Origin: Octopus sinensis
Taxonomy: Eukaryota
NCBI RefSeq assembly: GCF_006345805.1
Contig: NW_021833741.1
Coordinates: 9,613-73,612 of the forward strand
DNA length: 64,000 nucleotides
Direction: 5' to 3'
Part shown: in pieces, positions 54,060 to 64,000 of the stretch
How positions within the stretch are numbered: position 1 is the stretch's first letter
Layout of the letters: every line of letters starts with the position of its first letter
The notes under the pieces: generated by a model
The model's database searches: none
Told to the model about the DNA's origin: nothing
Seen by the model: only the letters and a program-made list of their open reading frames with translations
Program-made: the position numbers and the translations under genes

Positions 54060-55036
54060 TATGACTTTCTGAAGGATAGAAGTCAGGTGGTAGTAGCCAC
54101 TTCCACTAACACGCAAATAGTGAGCGGTCTTCAGCAGGGCACTGTTTTGGACCACTACTGTTCATAATGGCCCTCTCAGACATGCCCTCAGTCATGCAGA
54201 GAGCCACGATCACAAGTTATGCAGATGATACAAAAGTTTCACAGGCAATACAGAACCCTGAAGACACTAAGCACCTGCAATGTGAGCTGGACAAAATTTA
54301 CAAGTGGGCTGAAAAGAATAGCATGCAGTTCAATGCTGAAAAGTTTCAAGCTCTATGCTATCAGCACGCAAAACTAAATGCAATACCCAATAAATACACT
54401 GGACCTGGAGGGACTGCAATCCCAGAGGCACAATCATTGCGTGACCTGGGCATTTACATGAGTGATGACGCAACCTTTCATGTACATGTTGCTAAATTGG
54501 CAATGAAATGTAGGCGGCTGACCGGATGGATTCTTAGAACATTCAGAACAAGAGACCAGGAAACCATGATGGTCCTCTGGAGGACACTTGTCCTAAGCCA
54601 CTATGACAATTGCTCTCAGCTATGGTCACCATCCAGTGTCAAGTTAATCACAGAACTTGAGGCGATCCAACGAAGCCACACGAAGATAGCCTCTGTGCAG
54701 CATATAAGCTATTGGGAAAGACTCAAGAGATTGAGACTCTATTCCTTAGAGCGTAGGCGAGAAAGATATGCCATAATATACATCTGGAAGATCCTAGAAG
54801 GACTTGTCTCAAACTTTGGCATCGAGAGTTACACAAATGCCAGAACAGGGCGCCACTGCATAGTGCCAAGGACTTCAAATTTGCCATCAAGATGTAGGAC
54901 AAGATACTGTGATAGCCTGGGCTTCAGAGGCCCACAGCTCTTCAATATCCTCCCGAAGAACCTAAGAGACCTGCATGGGGTGGATGTAGATATCTTTAAA
55001 ATGAAACTGGATCTCTTCTGTCAGGTATCCCAATGA
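54060..55036 (+). mobile_element. CR1-clade LINE fragment (RT C-terminal half)
   Basis: DFLKDRSQVV...QGTV(L)GPLLF (frameshift), then an open 289-aa frame with SYADDTKV, KFQAL, RDLGIYMS, SQLWSP, YWERLKRLRLYSLERRRER. Confidence 0.92.
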
Positions 55037-55068
<32 letters not shown>

Positions 55069-55327
55069 CACACACACACACCAAACACACACACACACCA
55101 CACACACACCACACACAACATATAATATATATATATATCGACTATTATATATTTACCTATATATATGTATATATATTATATATATATATACCTATATATA
55201 TATATACATATTATATATATACTATATATATATATATATATAATAATATTATATATATATATTTATGTATATATATATATTATATATATATTATTTATCT
55301 ATATATATACATATATATATATACATA

Positions 55328-55367
<40 letters not shown>

Positions 55368-55427
55368 TATATAATATATATATTATAGATATTATGATAT
55401 ATATTCAACACACACACACACACACAC

Positions 55428-55459
<32 letters not shown>

Positions 55460-55518
55460 TACATATATATATATATTATACATATATATATTACATATAT
55501 ATATATATAAACACACTG

Positions 55519-55568
<50 letters not shown>

Positions 55569-56022
55569 ATATTATATATATATATATATATATTAATGCT
55601 TAAAGTACTTCAGCGACTGAAGATTTCGTGAGGCTCTTTCTGAGTCGAAGCATCATCGACATTTAAAGGTTAAAGACGAGACGAACAACCGAGCACTTCT
55701 CCGCTACAATAACCGTCCCTTTTTCCCTCGAGTCAAAATGAATCATTATTAATCGTTGACGGTGGTGGTGGGCGGGAGGACTGTCGAAAATTATGAGGCA
55801 AACGTAATAACGAAGCCCATCAGCTGTGATAGCGAATTGGAATAGATTTCGCCAGTATTTGGAGCAGCGTCGCTGCCTCGACGTTTTCCTTTTCGTTATG
55901 GACTGTTACGTCACTCGGCTTCCGAGAGAGTTTTGGTCCGCTGGAAATTTTTCTCACACCAACCTCCCTGTCCGACCGACTGACGAAGGAGAAACGAAGC
56001 AAGTGATCACATTATATAATGT

Positions 56023-56230
56023 CTAAGGCGGCGAGGAGCTGGCAGAAACGTTTGCACGCCGGGCGAAATGCTTAGCGGTATTTCGTCTGCCGTTACGTTT
56101 TGAGTTCAAATTCCGCCGAGGTCGACTTTGCCTTTCATCCTTTCGGGGACGATAAATAAAGTACCAGTTACACACTGGGGTCGATGTAATCGACTTAATC
56201 CATTTGTCTGTCCTTGTTTGTCCTCTCTGT
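56023..56230 (+). mobile_element. SINE family B (tail 1, truncated)
   Basis: Head, core and TTTGTCTGTCCTTGTTTGTCCTCTCTGT. Confidence 0.88.
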
Positions 56231-56953
56231 GGATCTGTTGTTCTGAACTACATCTGTTAGATAATACTTATCTTAGATAAAGGTTTCTGCACATCCGAAA
56301 GTAGAATTCCGGGTAAAGAACAACGCTTTGGGGATTTACCTTCCATCTTGCTGCAACAGCACTAAACCAGCCCCAAGACAATGGCAAACTTCATTCCTTT
56401 AAGGCCAAATATAGCATCCTTTCAACGTGACCCCTATTGAATGCTGTTGGTTTCGGAAGATTAGTTCAAGAGTTTCTTAAGGAATTTAATGTGAAAGAAA
56501 CAATTTGGCGTTTGTTAATGCTGGAACGTCTGTAGAAGCATCTACACGGTAAAATGGATGGCATAAAATGTTTTCTGAGTTGATATTTGAATCTAAGAAC
56601 CTGACGAAGACATTGGGAATGATTTTACGAGGTTTAGGGATTCGAAAGGAAAACAATGTTCATCAGTTGTTTTGTTATGGTCATTATTTAACTGACCCAA
56701 TTGCATCGAAGATGGCCGAAGGATGATATTGGGAGAATGGATGGAGAGGCAGCGATTGCTCATCGTTGTACTGACTCAGAAATTGTGCAGATAATGGTAA
56801 ATCCAATGCAATAAGCGTGAGAAGAAGAGATTAGTGATAAAAATAAGGAAAATGTAACCGAAAGAGTCTCTCTTTTGATAAGGGAATGGCTGAAAGGTTT
56901 AGAACAACGCAGTTTTATGAATGGACAAGAAAAATAAAATAAAATGGACAATA

Positions 56954-57352
56954 GGCGCAGGAGTGGCTGTGTGGTAAGTAGCTTGCTAACCAACCACATG
57001 GTTCTGGGTTCAGTCTCACTGCGTGGCATCTTGGGCAAGTGTCTTCTGCTACAGCCCCGGGCCGACCAATGCCTTGTGAGTGGATTTGGTAGACGGAAAC
57101 TGAAAGAAGCCCGTCGTATATATGTATATGTGTGTTTGTGTGTCTGTGTTTGTCCCCCCCAAATCGCTTGACAACCGATGCTGGTGTGTTTACGTCCCCG
57201 TCACTTAGCGGTTCGGCAAAAGAGACCGATAGAATAAGTACTGGGCTTACAAAGAATAAGTCCCGGGGTCGATTTGCTCGACTAAAGGCGGTGCTCCAGC
57301 ATGGCCGCAGTCAAATGACTGAAACAAGTAAAAGAGTAAAAGAGTAAAAGAG
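56954..57352 (+). mobile_element. tRNA-derived SINE, family A, full length
   Basis: GGCGCAGGAGTGGCTGTGTGG head through AAAAGAGT-repeat tail. Confidence 0.92.
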
Positions 57353-57552
57353 AGAGTATTTACGTGGTGAAGGGTAAACTAATCAGAGAAAATGAAACAT
57401 CTTAACACGATGTGTTTAAAGAAATAAATCAAAAAATGTATGAAACAGAAAAGTCATTATTTTGAAATCCAGTGGCTTCTCTATCTGCCCATACAGATGA
57501 GCTGTCACAATCATCATCATCATCGTAATCATCATCATCGTCGTCGTCGTCG

Positions 57553-57583
<31 letters not shown>

Positions 57584-58296
57584 TATCACCACTTTTCCAA
57601 TTCTTAGTTTCAAAATGCACAAAATAGGTATGCTGACAGCCTTCGACTTAAACCAACCTCGACAGCACTTCATCTCTAAGATATGAAAATCTACCTGTTT
57701 GCAAATTCCAGATTTTCATTTTGAAAGCTTCAAAGGTGAACATTTTAGTGTAAGTCATTAACCATTTTAACCCGCGAGAATGCTTTAGTGAGAGCGATAT
57801 CGTTTGATTACTAATATTCCTGGAAGAAGCAAAATGGGGCGGCCACATGTATACACTGCTCACTAACCAGCGGAAACCTTTACGACCATCACCACAGAGC
57901 CATGTGACAACTTGCTTTCGCATCTTCCGGAGATAGAGTCAGACGCTATCACGCCCGCTAAACAATTCCAAAGAAGTGTGACGTAATGTGTCCGTGTAAC
58001 GGAAAATCGAGCAAATCCGAAAAATAATTTTTTTTCCGTGTGGAGTAGAGAACATAATCAGAGAATGCGCGAGAGGTGAACACAGATTATTTCCCTACAT
58101 AACTTCTTTATAATTATGGCCGTTTTGCAAAATGCTGTACGTCCATGTTTACATCAAAGTTCAGCTTTTATACAAGACAATTGTATGTTCAGAAATCAAT
58201 GCAAATAAAGCAAACTAACTTAACAGATCATTGCAACACTATGAATACGATTCTACAATTCTACGAATCTATAATTCTACGATTCTACAATTCTAT

Positions 58297-58395
<99 letters not shown>

Positions 58396-59603
58396 TTCTA
58401 TCTCTCCTTTTCTCTTTGTTGTCGTACACATTCACTTGCTTTCTTACAAAAAATCTAATGCTCTTAGCTTCGATTTTCTTGGGCCCAGCCAGATTTGAAC
58501 AGTCTCAAGTGTAACTGCTCGAAACTGTAAGGACAATCTGGAAACTTGACTGACGAAGGAAAGCCACGAATGACCTGTCCGCCTTTGTATTGTCTACTTG
58601 CCTGGATGTTTTATTGTCCTGTATTGCATTTTTGTTCCACTTTATATATATACATACACGTACACACACACACACACACATACACACACATATAAATACA
58701 TGCATACGTATATTTATATAGATGTATGTATGTGTGTGTTTGTGTTTCCCTCCCCCCACTGCTTGACTGTAGTGTTGGTTGATTTACGTCCCTGTAACTT
58801 TGCGGTTCGGCAAAAAAACCCAATAAAATAAGTAGCAAGCTTTAAAGAAAAATGAGTAGTGAGTTCGATTCATTCGTTGCTCCAGCGTGGCCGCAGTCTA
58901 ATGACTGAAACCGGCCCAAGATCAAAGGACGTCTATGGGTATGAACGGGAGTGTGTACTCCTCGGTGTGTACTCCTCGGTGTATATATACGTGTATAGAT
59001 ATGTATACACCCTGCGTGTATTCATATACACATGCTTCTAATGCACACACCCACACATACAGGCGGACATGCATACACATACACGTCAGCAGCATGCGGA
59101 ACACACACACACACATACGCAAATGAAACCTCTCACTCTTCCCCTCTCTCCCCCTCTCTCTCTTACTCTCCCTCACTCTTTCCCTGCTTCCCTTTAGGGA
59201 CTCTTTGTCAAAAACCAATATCTCCCCTCCCTCTTCCCACTTCCTCATGATATACAGCTTAAAGAGCCTTACTTCGCTTCCTCCTTCTCCTTATCGCTTC
59301 TATCCTCTGACCTCTCCCTCCTCTCCCTACCACTCCTGTCCCTTCTGCTCACTCCTCACCCCCCACCCCAGCTATTGCGTCTGTTTATATTTATTCATAC
59401 CAGAAAGACGATCTGCAAAACTCACATCTTAAACGCCTCCCACCTCAACGCTTGCTTCTCCTCCCTCCATCCCTCCCTCATCTCGTCTTGTTCATGAGAA
59501 AACCTCTGCGCAGTAAGACAACTCATCCTCGCCACACACTACTCATAGATGTATGACTACACACAGACTCAAACCAGAAACACATTCATATATAAATATG
59601 CAT

Positions 59604-59678
<75 letters not shown>

Positions 59679-59781
59679 TACATATATATATACACGTATA
59701 TATACATACGTATACATTCGTATACTTATATAGACTCACATGTATTTACATATACTATATAACTATAAAATGTATGAATAG

Positions 59782-59839
<58 letters not shown>

Positions 59840-62321
59840 TTTGTATATATGTATGTGTGTTTATACAGTGAGAGAGAGAGAGAGAGAGAGAAAGAGAAAG
59901 AGAGAGTCGTGGTGGGAGAGAGAGACAGAGAGAAGACAGGAATATATGAATCTACACACATGAGATATATTAAAACAAAGGGAAGGTAGATTTTGTCTGG
60001 CGGTGGTGGAGGTGGAGGTGGGTGGGTGGGACCCGATGGTCCGGTTTCACTTATACAGACAGACTGACTGGCAGACTGACAGACTGACAGAATCGACATC
60101 ACAACCAGACTTTGAGATCCGTTTAACTACTGACTCACTCACTGGTTTCATCACCACCAATTTCGTTACCGTCATCGTTCTTGTCATCGTCGTTGTCATC
60201 ATCACCATCATCGTCGTGTCGACATCGTGATTCATCATCATCATCATCACCCTAACTCCCACCCCACCCCCATCTCCAGCTTGGAACTCCCACCCTAAAG
60301 GTGCGTCGCCTAAATTTCTTAACTCTTCGGTACACAACTGACTACAAACATTATTATTATTGTTTGTAGGCGCAACTGTGCTTTTCTTCCATTCAGGGTT
60401 GATAAAGTGAAGTACCTGTCATATACTTGGGTCGATGATAACGATCAACCTCTTCATCGCAAAATATTACAGCTCTATTTTTCTTTCCACTGTTCTTGCT
60501 CTTTCCCAACTTTTATGTTTTTATCTTGTTGCTGTTGTTGCTGCTGTGAGCGACTTAACAGGCCTGGTTGCTAATGTTGTTGTTGCTGTTGCTATTGTTG
60601 TTGCTGTTGCTATTGTTGTAGTTGTTGTTGTTGTGCGACTGCTTGACTAATTGCATGCTTTGCTATTATGTCTACATTTGAGACGTTTGCGGATCGGGTG
60701 GGGGGGTCTATAGGTTTTCTCCTTTTCTTATTTGGCCCTTCTGATGACCACTTCCACTCCCTGAATTCTCCACTTGGTCATTCGATGATAATTCAGGGCA
60801 GGAAAGTAAAAGCCGCCTGTTGTGTGAGAATCCTTTCATTGTTCCGGGTAAACCAAATTACGCATACAATAGGTTTATTTTTAATAGATTAACTGATAAT
60901 CCGCAACGGATTCGAAACCGTATTCCTCCAATTATCAAAGCGACCTATGTTCTCACAATAGCCTGGAGTGACTACAGGCAACAAAATTTCCAAGGGCTTC
61001 CTCAGACTATTATTTGGCCCCCAGATATATAATTTACTCCATACAGCCCTTAAAAAGGAGGTAAAGCCTCTCTGCCTCATCTACGAATAATTTGGCTCCA
61101 GGCTGAGAATGACAGGTGTAGAATATTTGTTGTCAGTTGAGCAGAGAGGAAAGTGAATGAACGACTGTGTTGTAAAAGAGAAAAGGTTTTCTGTAGGTTG
61201 TGCCTAATATGGACATCTTTCTGACTGTTTCTGACCGTTTATGACGCTTTTGTCTATGGTTCTCTTAACTTTGTACTTCAATTATTAATGGTAATGTTTC
61301 ACTTATATTCCCCGTATCTTGTTAATTCCCATTTAAAGATCTTTCAGGTAAAGTTTGGGTTAGAAGGGATCACACTGTTTATCAGGCTTCAGAGATTGTT
61401 CTTCCATCCGACTCTTGATAATTGATATTTTCAAGTTAAAAAATTCCTTTCTATGCTGTATTATGCGTTCGGTGATTTTTTTCACTCGCTTATCGTCAGA
61501 ACTACACACAATGTAGATTAATTTCATGTAACTACTCAAAATAACACACTTTTACCTGACTGCTGTGAAAGTGATATAAAATCCAGTTTGCTAAAAACAA
61601 ACAAACATAAAAACCCCCAGACAAGGTACCATTCCTTGTCAAGTTCGAATGGAACATCCAGAAGTCATGACTCCAAAATCCTTTAAGAGCAACAGCACGT
61701 GGAAATGTTATGAATCGACATTAAATAACGAAGAGCTTCCTTTCAAAACCAGATCTATGCAGCGAAATGACTTTTGAGAGATTATTTAAATAACAACTTG
61801 AATAAATCTGATTTTGATTGGAAGACTAAGATTCGCCTTCTGTCTCTGTGGCATCGACCCCAGTTTGACTGGAAGAAATTTCGCGTGCGTGAAGCCAGCA
61901 GCTTGCAGATTGTGTTTTAATGGTTATTAAGAAATCGACCAAATTTTCACTTATAACATGTTCCGTATTCCTGATACAGAATTGTACAGTAAAAATAATT
62001 AAATTGATATTGAAACTACTTTGAAAGATTGGTTGCAAAGAGAATTAAATATGAGGGGAAGCGCCACTGGGGTGACTGTCTACCACTAGATTTATGCTTA
62101 AAACTCTACATTGTATTTCGTCTATTTTCTGTGTTTAGCCCTGTGTGGCCATAATAAAAAGATATCTATATATACAGTCATACATACATATACCTATATA
62201 CATACAGACATATTGAAAAAGAAACACTTTTGGCATTTCTTAGTTCTGTTTAATTTCGATATTTCAACTTTCAATACGCACGCGCATGTACGCATGTATA
62301 GGTATTTCTTGATGTGTGTGT

Positions 62322-62387
<66 letters not shown>

Positions 62388-62554
62388 GAGAATTAGTTGT
62401 CTTGTGTTTTTGCGGCGTAAATCTCGAAGACACCAAATTTCATTGAGGGACTTAACCAATCCAAATTTTTAATAGAAGATTCTTGCCCAAGTTGCTACGC
62501 AATGGGACCGAACTCAGAACCACTTGTCTCTGTAGCGATATTTTTAGCTTTACA

Positions 62555-62960
62555 ATAATCCTTTTTACTCTAGGTACAAGGTCTGAAATTTTGGAGAAGG
62601 GAGCCAGTTGATTAGATTGACCCCCAGTACTCAACTGGTACTTAATTTATCAACCCCGAAAGGAAGAAAGGTAAAGTTGACCTTGGCGGAATTTGAACTC
62701 AGAACGTAGCGGCAGACGAAATACCTATTTCTTTACTACCCACAAGGGGCTAAACACAGAGAGGACAAACAAGGACAGACAAACGGATTAAATCGATTAT
62801 ATCGACCCCAGTGCATAACTGGCACTTAATTTATCAACCCCGAAAGGATTAAAGGCAAAGTCGACCTCGGCGGAATTTGAACTCAGAACGTAACGGCAGA
62901 CGAAATACGGCTACGCATTTCGCCCTGCGTGTTAACGTTTCTGCCAGCTCCTCGCCGCCT
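62555..62960 (-). mobile_element. SINE family B, dimeric form
   Basis: Same head-core-tail1-core-tail2 layout as 3260-3660. Confidence 0.88.
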
Positions 62961-63352
62961 TTCGAATAATATCGATAAACTGTATTCGATTTCGTGGCAT
63001 AGTTAAGATTGCTTACTTCTTGACATTAAAACACAAGTATATAACTGGGATTATAGTTTTCAGAGATGTTGTATCCAAAGACTGCACCCTCAATGCTACC
63101 TAGGTGGACTTCGACACAACCTCAATAATCAAATGTGTCAAACAAAATACAATTTGACGAGGAATTCTATTGTTCACGGATGTCTACAAACTTCCAACCA
63201 TAACCGAGGAATTTCTAAGGTTTATTGCTACGATTCAAAGAATATCGAAGAATTTAAAACTTATCTGCTATGAAAAACATTTCTATTAAATTTCACTGTC
63301 TCAGCATTCGATATGAATATGAGAATGTGTAAAAGTGTAGACATGTGTGTGT

Positions 63353-63437
<85 letters not shown>

Positions 63438-63936
63438 CGTGTGTGTGTGTGCGTGTGTGTGTGTGTGCGAGTGTGTGTGTATATGTCTCGTTAGTATGTG
63501 TATGTGTATGTTATTGTGCGCATCGATATGATTTGGGAATACATTATTTTGCAAGCGGAAATCTCGAAGAAACGGCAATTGCAGAGGGAAAAAATGTCGG
63601 AATTTATTGTTATGTCACAATCACCTCCGTGGGGCGTGGATGTGTGCATGAGTATGTATGCAGGCATTAGTGTGCAAGCGTTGGCGAGATGTCCTCTCCC
63701 CCGCCCCACCACCGCCGGCTCCTACCATCGTCGTTCACTTTCTTCTGTGGCACATCCTCTTATTTTTACACTCAAGAAGTGCGACACAAAAGCTATAAAT
63801 TAGAAAATAAACATACCAAGACCTTTATTATAATATATACTCAGACACACACGCACACACAACGCGCGCGCGTCACACTCTCGTGTGAAATACTTGGAGA
63901 GAAATACATGTAAATATACAACAAATTATATTTTAG

Positions 63937-63991
<55 letters not shown>

Positions 63992-64000
63992 TATATATAA

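Noticed and set aside
55600-56020. CpG-rich block with cttcag-cga-ctgaag and CTGACGA..GAAAC words
   Set aside because: I could not build complete stems or assign a family.
56230-56700. possible hAT transposase relic (minus strand)
   Set aside because: Only vague motif resemblance across many stops; it needs a tBLASTx search.
60735-60815. CTGATGA...GAAAGTA hammerhead-like order
   Set aside because: Stem I has multiple mismatches, and there is no stem II closure or stem III.
60891-60924. CTGATAA TCCG CAA CGGA TTC GAAACCGTA
   Set aside because: It needs two deletions to fit a hammerhead; kept only as a possible remnant.
61250-61600. possible GIY-YIG relic (minus strand)
   Set aside because: The diagnostic motifs are too degraded to support a call.

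Overview
Gene-poor, microsatellite-saturated animal DNA with (TA)n, (CA)n, (CATA)n, (TCTA)n, (GA)n and trinucleotide tracts. The SINE families resemble octopus/coleoid cephalopod repeats as I recall them; this is an inference, not a database match. I find no supportable host protein-coding gene, and most ORFs in the track are translated microsatellites. Recognisable elements are a near-complete, frameshifted Penelope-like element (PLE; RT plus GIY-YIG, 38.8-41.1 kb, minus strand), further PLE relics, fragments of CR1, RTE, L1/Tx1 and R4/Dong-like LINEs, an internally deleted Tc1/mariner, a non-autonomous Helitron, several tRNA-derived SINE families and three near-identical tandem duplications. 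The main signal the ORF track misses is a set of about ten different short repeat families, mostly embedded in (TA)n tracts, each carrying a type-I hammerhead ribozyme fold (stem I - CUGANGA - stem II - GAAA - mostly palindromic stem III - NUH - stem I'). Several occur as head-to-head inverted pairs. Some cores are canonical and others are variants (C at position 4, U at 6, A at 8, mismatch at 10.1/11.1, 45-60 nt loop II). PLE terminal repeats with dimer-acting hammerheads are established, but this diversity, density and paired architecture merit testing. All folds were read by eye and none was computed.
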